Shown: one piece after another, positions 50,468-61,229 of the stretch | How positions within the stretch are numbered: the first letter of the stretch is position 1 | Layout of the letters: every line of letters begins with the position of its first letter | Assembly: GCA_030390025.1 (NCBI GenBank) | Contig: CM059432.1 | Coordinates: forward strand, 102,798,001-102,862,000 | Length of the DNA: 64,000 nt | Source of the DNA: Squalus acanthias | Taxonomy: Eukaryota | Direction: 5' to 3' | Notes under the pieces: generated by a model | The model's database searches: none | What the model saw: the letters and a program-made list of their open reading frames with translations, nothing else | What the model was told of the DNA's origin: nothing | Program-made: the position numbers and the translations under genes

Positions 50468-51100
50468 GCCAGTCTATATGTAGATTCAAGTCACCCATGA
50501 TTACTGTAGTACCCTTGTTACATGCATCTCTAATTTCCTGTTTGATGCCATCCCCTACATTACCACTACTGTTTGGATGTCATATTTGAGCTTGCGCTGA
50601 GAACCCCCTCAAACCAAAAATCTGAGAGAGTCTGGAAGCAAACCAAAGCTGAGTCTCGTGGATAGTTTTTAAAATTTATCCAGTTAATGGTCGACCTTTG
50701 GGCCTTGGGCCTTCTGGTTGCTGCTCTCCAGAAGCATCTGTAAGGTCTCGAGGCCAGCAGCCAGGAACACAACACGACAACTTCTTTCTCCTTTCACCAG
50801 TGCTAGGCATACGTCAGGGGTGTTAATGGCCTGCGTCAGGAAATAACAGCATCCCGGGCCTGGACAGACACAGTGTATTTCAAGTACACTGTTCCTGTCC
50901 AGAGTTGGTGGCAGAGGGGGCTAGGAAAATCAGCCCCAATATATTTCTTTGTAACTGTATAATTTTTTTAAAGGAGTATAGTGATGACACTCCATTTTAA
51001 TTTTATCTTTTACTTCAATTTAGATTAACTGCTCAAGAAATAATATGGGCTTATTACTTACCATTAAACTGCTTTCATACAGATGATTGATATTCATAAT

Positions 51101-51636
51101 GGGCTGGATTTTGCTAGAGTAGATGCAAGGATGCCACAACATGCCCTGTTAGTTCGACATTTTTCTGCACCCTACAGCTCAAAAAAGTTTTGCTGCGCAA
51201 CTTGCTGGAAGTGCGAGCTGATAATGGTGTGACGATGGCAACAGGGTAACTTGGACCTCAGTGAACGGCAGGACCAACAGTGTATCTCCTTAACCAATGA
51301 CATTGAAGGATTGAGAAAGAAAAAGAGGAACTACTGAGAAGGAGGGTAAATTAGAGTCAAATCAGGTACAGTTTTTTTTACTTCTTCTTTCTGTCTCTTT
51401 TATCTCTCTCTCTCTCTTAATCCAATCTTTCTTTCCCTCTCTTTATTTTGCTTTCTGTACCTGATTTGACATTAGATTCACAAAGGTCCCAGATGCCCTG
51501 TAGAGGGTGCTTAGCAGTTTGGATGTTTGGCTGAGAGGAACTTCCAGTGCAATAGCCCATAGAAAGTCTACGGGCAAGTGCAAATCTAACGAACAACTGG
51601 TGCCGTTCGTTGGCTGCTCAGAGCAAAACCCAGCCC
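51101..51636. mobile_element. Harbinger-type palindromic MITE
   Basis: TIR GGGCTGGATTTTGCT / AGCAAAACCCAGCCC; TSD AAT; internal inverted arms AATCAGGTACAG / CTGTACCTGATT. Confidence 0.88.
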
Positions 51637-52414
51637 AATATTTAACAAACAGAATACATTAAAGAAAATGTAATGGGAAGCATCTGAGTTACACAAACAA
51701 TTTAATTTCTGCCATGACCTTATGACTCCTTGAATTGTACTATATGTATTCAAGGTTATGAATAATTGTGAGAAACAAAATAATGTGAATTAGAGAAAAA
51801 CCTGGTGATGCTTAGCTCCTAGAGACAAAGTTAGCATAGTCAATTAGCAGGAGACAGCGAAAGTATGAAGGAAACAAAAAATACTCCTGAGGAATCTGAC
51901 TATGCTCATGAATTTAAACATTTAAGGTTTGCAGAATCAACATCTGACAGTACAGACAAAGTACAACTCACAATTCAACAGATTCTGAAATTATAATTGA
52001 ATTTTTTTAGTAATTCTGCAGGCAAATATAAAACTGATTGCAAAGGAAAAATCAAATGTTGATTTAAATGAAACAGTGACTTCACAAAGTAAACAGTCAA
52101 ATGCTAAATTATGAGCAGACCTAGCTACACTTTAACAAATGGCTGCTGATTTCCAGGTAGACTTCACTACTAATTCAAATTTTAAATTCAAAAGCGTTCT
52201 AATGGAAAGCTATAAAGAGAATATAAATTGCAAAGATGGACTTAATGGAAGTCTAGCAATATAATAAAAGTACACAGGACTTAGACACAAAAGTAAATAC
52301 TTCCAGATGACAGGGTTGCTGGATTGTCCCTCTGTGAAGCTGCAGGCGATGCTAGCCAACTAAAAGCAGCTATCAATTTAGTAGCTAAGCAAAAGCATAT
52401 TATATATGAATCCC

Positions 52415-52735
52415 CAAACAGCAATGAGATAATTGACCAGATAATCCATTCTTAGTAATGTTGGTTGAGGGCCAAACGTTGGCCTGGACACCAGAAGAAC
52501 TTCCGTGCTTGTCTTCAAGTATTGCCGTGGGATCTTTTACATCTACCCAAGGGGGCAGATAGAGCCCCAATGTAACATCATATAGAAAAGACTTCACCTC
52601 TGACAGTGCAGCACTCCCTCAGTATTGCACTGAAGTTCAGCCTAGATTATGGGCTTAAGTTTCTGGAGTAGGGCTTGAACCCACAACCTTCTGATTCAGA
52701 CCTAAGAATGCTACCAATAAAACAAAGTTGATACC
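52415..52735 (-). mobile_element. DeuSINE
   Basis: GCCGTGGGATCTTTTACATC...ACAGTGCAGCACTCCCTCAGTATTGCACTG...GGGCTTGAACCCACAACCTTCTGA. Confidence 0.8.
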
Positions 52736-53239
52736 TTACAATTTCTGGCAGAAAGAGTCTAAAATAATAGAATTAAGTTGCAAAGATTTCTACACACAAA
52801 AATATATATTTTTTATTTTTTTCAATAAGATATGGTTGAATAGAAGTCTCCATGTATTGGACGAACAAGACAAGGTAAATTAATTAAATGGCTCACCCTG
52901 ATAGCCTGCGTTTTCAATTCACTTGCTTATCTTCAGCTCCCTGGTGCAGCACATGTAGCTATCCATCACTACTTATCTTATTGGTCATCCACTTTTTTTG
53001 AACATGCACTACATTTTTACATATATTTTAAAGTCTCATTTTGCCACTACTTTCATCTCTAGTCCATTAATCAAGCTGCATAAATTCTCTTAGCTTCTCA
53101 CCCGAAATTATTCACCTAAAATAATGCATCTTTTTAAATAATATAAGCATAAAAAATCATTTCTGCTGGATAATGCAATAAATGCCAGATATAGTGCAAT
53201 AAATAGAGGAATACAGCAGTATATTATTTATCTGTATTT

Positions 53240-55052
53240 ATAGAGTCATAGAATCAGGCCATTCAGCCCATCATGCCTGTGCCAGCTCTTTGAAATAGCT
53301 ATTCAATTAGCCCAGACCCCTGCTCTTTCCCCATAGCCCTGCAAAGTTTTCTCCTTCAAGTATTTATCCAATTCCCTTTTGAAAGTTATTATTGAATCTG
53401 CTTCCACCACCCTTTCAGGCATTGCATTCCAAATCATCACAACTCCCTGCATAAAAAAAAAATTCCTTATCTCACCTCTGGTTCTTTTGTCAATTACGCT
53501 AAATATATGTCCCCTGGTTACCAACCCTTCTGCCACTGGAAGCAGTTTTTCCTTATTTACTCTATCAAAACCCTTCATGATTTTGAACACCTCTATTAAA
53601 TCTCCCCTTAACCTTCTCTGCTCTAAAGAGAACAACCCCAGCTTCTCTAGTCTCTCCATGTAACTGATGTCCCGCATCCCTGGTACCATTCTAGTAAATC
53701 TCCTCTGCACCCTCTCTAAAGAGTTTACATCATTCCTAAAGTGTGGTGCCCAGAGTTGAACACAATACTCTAGCTGGGGCCTAACCAGTGGTTTATAAAG
53801 GTTTAACATATCTTCTTTGTGGTACTCTATGCATCTGTTTATAAAGCCAAGGATCTTGTATGCTTTTTTTGACAGCATTCTCAACTTGTCCTGCCACCTT
53901 CAAAGTTTTGTGTACGTACACCCCCAGATCTCTCTGTTCCTGCACCCACTTTAAAATTGTACCATTTTGTTTATATTGCCTCTCCTCATTCTTCCTACCA
54001 AAATGAATCACTTCACACTTCTCTGTATTAATTAGCATCTGCCAGATATCTGCTCATTTCATAAGTCTGTCTATGTCCTCCTGTTACTATCCTCCTCACT
54101 ACTTACTACATTTCTGAGTTTCCTGTCATCTGCAAAATTTGAAATTATGCCGTGTATCCACAAATCTAGGTCATTAATATATATCAAAAAGTGCAGTGGT
54201 CCTAATACCGATCCCTGGGGAACACCACTGTATACTTCCCTCTAGTCTGAAAAACAACCGTTCACCACTACTCTCTGCTTTCTGTCCCTTAGCCAATTTC
54301 GTATCCACACTACCATTGTCCCTTTAATCCCATGGGCTTCAATTTTGCTAATAAGCCTATTCTGTGATACTTATTAGCCAAATGCCTTTTGAAAGTTATA
54401 CACAACATCAACTGCACTACCATCATCAACCCTCTCTGTTACTTCATCAAAGAACTCAATCAAGTTAGGCAAACACAATTTGCCTTTAACAAATCCATGC
54501 TGGTTGTCATTTATTAACACATATTTTTCCAAGTGCCAATTAATTTTGTCTCAGATTATTTTCTCTAAAAGTTTGCCCACCACTGACGTTAGGCTGACTG
54601 GCCTGTAGTTGTCGGGTTTATCACTCTCCCCTTTTTCAAACAGCAGTGTAACATTTGCAATCCTCCAGTCCCCTGGCACCACTCCCATATCTAAGGAGGA
54701 TTGGAAGATTGTGGCCTGAGCCTCCACAATTTCCACCCTTACTTCCCTCAGTAATCTGGGATGCATCTTATCCAGAATGGGGGGTGCATCCTTTTCGACT
54801 TTGAGCACTGCCAACCTTCTAAGAACCTCCTCTTCATCTATTTTTATCTTATCCAATTTCTCTACTACCTCCTCCTTTACTGCCACATTGGCAGAATCCT
54901 CTTCTTTAGTGAAGACAGATGCAAAGTACTCATTTAGTACCTCAGCCATGCCCTCTGCCTCCACTAAAAGACCTCCTTTTTGATCCCTAATCGGTCCACC
55001 CTTCCTTTGACTACCCTTTTAACTATTTATATGTTTTTAAAAGACTTTTAGG
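53240..55052 (-). mobile_element. 5'-truncated CR1
   Basis: LVRPQLEYCVQLWAP, NYRPVSLTSVVGK, LNEYFASVFT; tail ATAGAGTCATAGAATC. Confidence 0.92.
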
Positions 55053-55111
55053 TATATTTGATTTTGCCTTAATCTACTTGCAGTACCTAAACTAATCATA
55101 TCAATATTAAT

Positions 55112-55854
55112 GGCCCAGAAATTGATCTCGCTCTGTTCCCGCGGGGGTAAGCCTTCCCCGCGATCTCTCACTCCGCTTGTGCTTTTTCAGATCCAGCTCG
55201 CACGAACTTGATGTTCCAGACATCAGCCGGGCAGTGCTTGCGTATCCCACCGGCGTAGTGAATTCGTGCGAGCTGTGGGATCACGTGACTCAGTTAGAGC
55301 CAATGGCAGCACACCATCTTCCATTCATAAGTTTCACAGACGTGCTGTGAAATCTATGAATCTTACACCCCCCCAAAATAACAGCTAAACCTCAATTAAA
55401 TTTTAAAAAAAACCATCACATTAATAAAATAAGTATAGTTAAATAAATTAACCATTTTAAATAAAAAATTAAATTTTTGAAAAAATTTAAAATCTTTTAA
55501 AAAGTTATAAAAATAAACTTACCTGTCTTTAAAGTCTCTAAAAAAGATATACCTGTTAAAAAAAATTCAAAAAAATACTTAATTCACTACTTACCTTGTT
55601 AAAAGTGGGTCTTACTCCTCCTTTTTCAATTTCTAAAATCTTCAGTACTTACCTGCGTGTCCAAAGCATGAAGTGCACAGCGTGCGCGCAGCCTGTAGCG
55701 CGCACGCGATGCACCGAGGAACCGCCCCCTTTTCAAAAGAGCAATTGCCGGTTTTCAGCGCATGCGCAGGGCATGCAGAAAACCGGCAATTGCAGAGGGA
55801 ATATGCGAGAGTACGCACTGCGTACTCTCGCACACCGGGATGAATTTTTGGCCC
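55112..55854. mobile_element. hairpin-rich Harbinger-type MITE
   Basis: TIR GGCCCAGAAATT / AATTTTTGGCCC; TSD AAT (55109-55111 / 55855-55857); collinear with 36658-38163. Confidence 0.92.
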
Positions 55855-57604
55855 AATATAATGGGTTTTTTGGCACTCCACGCACATGCACAAAATTGCA
55901 CCCTGAGTTTGGAGCCATCTATAATTGTCAATATTCTAACTACAGTACAATGAATACTGTTTGAAGGAGGGGAAGGGGAGTGTGTTATGTCTGAAAAACA
56001 CTGAAGCTGGTGTGGCAATGTATTAGTTGCTTTTAATTCAGTCTCTCTGGAACATTCCCTTTTAGATATAACAAACAATATAAGAGGAGACCCTGGAGTA
56101 TAATTGCTGCAGTCTTCTTGCTCCCATCACGGTGCCCTCTAGTATTCAATTAACAATATGCAAGTACCATACATATCACTGTGCCCACCCACCCCACCGC
56201 CAGCCCCACCCCCTCCCCACCACCGCCACCACCACCACCACCACCCCTTCAGAATTTCAAGATGCTAACAACCACCTCCAAGAATGAGCCTGGTTAACTG
56301 CAACTACATCAAATAATAAATAATAATAACCATAGCATTCTCCTGGTAATATGCAGGAAATATGGGTTATGCCAACAAAAGAACCGTAATGAAAGCCACC
56401 ATTCTGATAACTATCTACAAATCCAAACGATTTGGAGGTTTCCTTAACCTTTGAGGTGTAAGCCTTTCTCTTACTACTGTTCGGACTTCGAGAATTACGA
56501 ATAAGCGTATCAATGACAGACAAGTATGTGATCAATAAAATTGGTCTTAATTCACACTATAGTTTAAAATTCAAGTGTACAATCGCAATCAATATGCTCC
56601 CAATTTACCCGTACATAAAAGTACCCGCAGCAACTTCCATGCTACCTCCTGGCAATTTATAGTCCAAGTCAACCGTACATAAAAGTACCCTTTAACAATA
56701 TCTAAGCTCTATGTTCGACTTTTATACATACTCCTTTATCTCTGGGTTATCGGTCCAGAAAGTCATAAGTCGATACATAGACTGGCCAGCTTTCTTTGTT
56801 CGTCTGTTCTTCTGTTCTGTCTTCTTTGTTCTTCTGTGTTGTGAATTTCCCACCTCTGGGTCACTTCTGTTATCGGGCCTTTCTGCCAGCCCCACTCGTA
56901 TATCACTGTCTGCCCCCCTCTGATAGGTCAGTTTCACTCCAAACCTTCCCTGATTGGAGTTCCTTCCACATGACACGTTCATGTTCCTTTGAGGTGTGTG
57001 GGGGTGGGACTTCCTTGTCAGTCGTGTTTCTTCTTCCTGTCCATGTGGCCTCACAAACAAAGACCATGCTGAACACCAGGCAAAGGACCCCCTGCTGACT
57101 TCTGTCATTTTGTGTCTTCACAAACAACGAACACATGCTGACTTCCTACATTTTGAATCCATCCGTAACCATTTCACAATTCATTCTGAACTTTGATCTC
57201 CACACGGTAGCAACGGTTTTATTACGGTTTGTAGAACCTTACAGAGGACATCTTTGAGTAGATTCGACAGTGGGTGAGCTGGGACAAATAACAGGAGCAG
57301 TAGATGGTAACTGCTCAGGTTTGGTTGCAAAACCATCGAATTTCACAACTTTCTTCGGAGACCGTCCTGGAGAGTTCACACCAGAATCAGGGGGTGGTTG
57401 GTTCCTTACACATGAGAATAGGTGAAACATCTGAAACTTTTGGAGAAGTTGTAACTACTTACTGAGGTGGATTTAGGCATTGGGGGCTGGGTCACACGCA
57501 GTGTTATCATTTGGTACATCAAAGGCAGTTCATCGATGCAGTTCTCGTAATTGATCCTTATGACGCTTCCACAGAAAACTATCCGCTGAAACTAAAAACA
57601 TAAC

Positions 57605-58370
57605 TGGCTGGATTTTCCGATCAGAGGCTTCCTGCGTGTGGATGCCTCCGATCGGGAAAAATCTACGCACTTACCTGCTGGCTCCGTAGGTCTCGAGACT
57701 TCCAATCCTGGGCCTCTCCTGGTCCTCGCGCGCAGAGGCCCAGGTATCCCAGGGGCGCAGGCCGTTCGCAAGATTCCCTGGGATCACGTGGGCCATGGGG
57801 AACCAAACAAAGAAGGGGATCCCCCTGCACACTTTTGACAGGTCTCTACGCACGGATCTGTCAAAAGTATGAATGGGGAATCACTTAAAAAAGTTAAACA
57901 TTAAATAATTTTTTTAAATCACGTATTAAAAATTAGTTAAAATTACATTAAATTAAATATTTTAAACAAAAATGTAATTTTTTGAAAAAACGAATTAAAG
58001 TTTTTTACGGGGCTAAAAATAAACTTACTTTTTTTAGAAGTATTTTTAAATTATAAATGCGTGGAAAAAATTTGACTTTTTTATTTTTTTAAACTCTTAT
58101 GCTGGTAAAAGCAGGCCTTATGCCTGCTTTTACCAGGTGTAAGATTTTTAAAGGTTTTCAGCGGGCGGAGGTTGTGCAGAAAGCGGAACTCCCTGCCTGC
58201 GGAGGCCCTTCTCTCGGGCAGGTGAATGATCTGTCAAGAGGATTCTTGACAGATCGGAAATGCCGGGTTTTAGTGCATGCGCTTCGCATGCCTGAAACCG
58301 GCACTTGCGAGGCCCCCTACGGGAGCGTACACACCTCGTACGCACCCGTGGGGGTCAGAATATCCGGCCC
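57605..58370. mobile_element. hairpin-rich Harbinger-type MITE
   Basis: TIR TGGCTGGATTTT / AATATCCGGCCC; multiple internal hairpins; inserted in the Gypsy-like integrase tail. Confidence 0.85.
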
Positions 58371-58564
58371 ATTAATTCCAATCTTCCACTTAATAATACT
58401 CTTTCTATCACACAATATTGCTTTGAAGTTGCCGATCCAGCATTACACAGTTTCCTTCTCGACACTGATATTTCTATGATGCGGAGATGCCGGTGTTGGA
58501 CTGGGGTGGACAAAAGTGAGAAGTCGCACAACACCAGGTTATAGTCCAACAGGTTTATTTGAAA

Positions 58565-58601
58565 TCACAAGCTTTCGGAGCGCTGCTCCTTCGTCAGGTG
58601 A
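58565..58601 (-). ncRNA. minimal type I hammerhead ribozyme (antisense partner)
   Basis: Reverse complement reads TCAC-CTGACGA-A-GGAGC(AGC)GCTCC-GAAA-GC-TT-GTGA. Confidence 0.85.
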
Positions 58602-58609
58602 AGTCAAGT

Positions 58610-58647
58610 TCACCTGACGAAGGAGCAGCCGCTCCGAAAGCTTGTGA
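58610..58647 (+). ncRNA. minimal type I hammerhead ribozyme
   Basis: TCAC-CTGACGA-A-GGAGC(AGCC)GCTCC-GAAA-GC-TT-GTGA. Stems I and II pair perfectly; stem III is the palindrome AAGCTT. Confidence 0.85.
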
Positions 58648-59299
58648 TTTCAAATAAACCTGTTGGAATGTATATGTTGCAGGTCCACAGATAGTAAGCA
58701 AAACTGCTCTCATTTTTTGCATCTGTTAGAAGGTCATTTGCCTTCAAATAAAAATTAAGTCTTTCTACATGCTTGCTCCAGCTAGACCCCATTCGGTACT
58801 CTTCGATTTTTCCAACTTATGCTAACATGATAAAATAAAATCGTAGTGGTGAGGTTGACCACAACCTAAGTAACAAAGATGTCCAATGTTTGATCATCGT
58901 AACAATACGTTGTCCATTATCCATGTCGCCAACTGTTATGTTCAATAAACACTCAAGCTGGTGTGGTAATGTAATGGCTACTTTCGTTTCAGACTCTGGA
59001 ACATTCCTCTAGATGTAACACACATTATAAGAGGAGACCCTGAAGTGTAATTGCTGCAGTGTGCTCGCTCCTATCAGGGGCCCTCTAGTGTTCCATTAAC
59101 AATATGCAAGTATCATGCATAGCAGGGTGGAGAATGTGTATGTACATTTTCAGATAATCATTTTTTATCATTTTAAGATACAGTGGAATGTCAATTTTTT
59201 GTGTTCCCATTATCAGTGTTTTCAATCATCATGGAGAATAGTCTGAGGTAATTGAAACTCTCCTTTGTTGTTCTGATCCTGCCAGCAAAACCATCTGGA

Positions 59300-60110
59300 G
59301 TTCAAACTCGATCCATTAGTTTAAAGGTCCCCCTCCCCCTGGCATTTGCCCGTGACACCTACCACCATCAGGACCTCCCAGCTACAGAGGTGAGCCTAAG
59401 GCATTATGCCCTCTCCTCCAGCGATCCCATCAGCAACATTTGCAGTGTTAATCTCAGCAGAGTTACCGGGGTGGAAATTCATTGGCGCCCGTTTACGGGC
59501 AGGAAGGTGGCATTGCAGCTACACCTGAGCACGAACTGGGAAGCCCGAGGTCCGCCCAAAATTGGGCCTGAGTTTCATCTAAATAATCTGGGTGAGCTGT
59601 TGGCCCTGTTGCACCTCCACATGCAGCTCGCCCTTTTGCAGCAATGAATTTGAGGTCGCCTGCCTCACTGGCAGCAGCCTCGGGTTAGTGCCAGGGCGAG
59701 GAGGATAGCGGGAGGAATGATGTGGAGTCAGGGGGAGCACTTCTGCTCCTCCTGGCTCCATAGGAAGGGTTTTTAAAAAAAAAATTGATTTAAAAAGGGC
59801 CACTGAAGAATCCTGAGCAGGTCAGGCCCAACACCCGACCCCTTCATCACAATCCAGTTTCTGTGAAACATAGAAGATAGGAGCAGGAGTAGGCCATTCG
59901 GCCCCTCGAGCCTGTTCCGCCATTAAATGAGATCATGGCTGATCATCCAAATTCAGTACCCTTCCCTGCTTTCTCCCCAAATCCCTTGATCCCTTTAGCT
60001 GACCTAAAACAGGCATTCGGCCCATTATTTACATGTGTAAGGGACCGAATACCTGTTCTCAGCAGTCGCCAGCAATGCCCAAAAAATAGTCTGACCTAAT
60101 TTCGTCCTTG
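59300..60110. mobile_element. decayed MITE with an inserted CR1 3' tail (~59866-60000, minus strand)
   Basis: CTGCTCCTCCTGGCTCCA motif as in 6248-6897; AAACATAGAAGATAGGAGCAGGAGTAGGCCATTCGG CR1 tail. Confidence 0.55.
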
Positions 60111-61229
60111 GGAAGCATGATGTTGGTCCCTGAAATTATGCCTCATTGTGGCTGTTTTTCACCCATAATTTAAAATCAATGGAGAGTGTCCCTGTTTAAG
60201 TGTGCTCTTGTGCAGATGAGCAGATCATGTGCTGAATGTAATATGTATAAATGATGTGACACAGCTTGACTTAATGATTTGAAAAATAATGTATTGATGG
60301 TAGCTTGTGTCTTTGAAAATTGGATAAAAATGTGAAGCTTAGGAAGATACAGGGCTGTGGAGAGAGAGAGCGAGCAGGGCAGAGGGATTCATTTTATATT
60401 GGTCTATCAAAGACGCACAAACAAGATGGGCCGTATGCCCTCCTGTGCTGTAAAACTCTATGGTCCATGATAAAACCCTCAGCAGACATTCCTTTATGTT
60501 AATTATTGCCATTATATTGTAGAACTTTACCATTAACATGCTAAAACTTTGAAGAAATATGAATTCACAGTGATTTTAGATTTTTAAATTGCAGTGACTA
60601 GAAGTGCACAGACACCAGAAATAAGGCGTATGGAAAGGAAGGAAGGTCCACGGTAAACAGACCCCCTGGTAGGCACTGAGTAAAGGGCTAATAAAGGGCA
60701 AACAATTGCAGTGGAAGAATCAATTCTCAGATAAGTGGATGCAGGAATAAGGATAAGCATGGAGTCTACCTTTACTGGAACTAAGGTGAATGACATTTCA
60801 GAGAGCAATAGCGTTGTTTGCAATACAGCAACTGATCACTATCAAAAATGTTGAATTAATTTTTGATGAGATGAGGTCTAAAGATGCCGTTTAGAATCAA
60901 TATGAAATCGCTTTGCACCAATGCTAATTTTACAGTGTAAATCCAGACTCAGGGCTGCACCTGGATCTGCAGAACAGTGCAGCAACCATTACATTTTGGT
61001 AGGAAGAATAAAGAGGCCATATACTGCTTGGATAATAAGAGTCTAAATGGGGTAGAGGATCAATGGGATCTAGGGGTACAGATACACAAATCACTAAAAG
61101 TATTGACGTAGGTTAATAAGGCCATAAAAAAAAGCAAAACAAGCAGAGCAGTTCATTTCTAAAGGGTTAGAATTGAAAAGCAGAGAAGTTATGTTAAACC
61201 TGTATAGAACCTTGGCAAGACAATACTTA

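Larger units (their letters stand above)
43624..50572 (-). mobile_element. CR1 LINE (428-aa RT ORF 47919-49205), interrupted by Harbinger H6 and an RTE
   Basis: (ATAGAAAC)n tail at ~43624-43655; RT motifs QSQHGFMKGKSCLTNLLEFF, YLDFQKAFDK, FADDTKL; endonuclease remnants extending to ~50570. Confidence 0.93.
43374..50937. mobile_element. Harbinger-type MITE split by a CR1 (halves 43374-43623 and ~50575-50937)
   Basis: Matching TIRs GGGGTTGATTTTCC / GGAAAATCAGCCCC; flanks AAA/AAT. Confidence 0.6.
58477..58667. mobile_element. Penelope-type inverted terminal element
   Basis: Near-perfect ~58-bp inverted arms 58545-58602 / 58609-58667, each containing a hammerhead core. Confidence 0.8.
55983..59124 (-). 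mobile_element. internally deleted Gypsy-like LTR retrotransposon with two ~190-bp LTRs
   Basis: LTRs 55983-56178 and 58934-59124 (TGTTATG...CA); PBS TGGCGAC (58925-58931); purine tract next to the 3' LTR; gag-like WSKHVERLNFYLKAND; integrase-tail WKRHKDQLRE (~57545-57575); flanks GAGTG/GGGTG. Confidence 0.85.
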
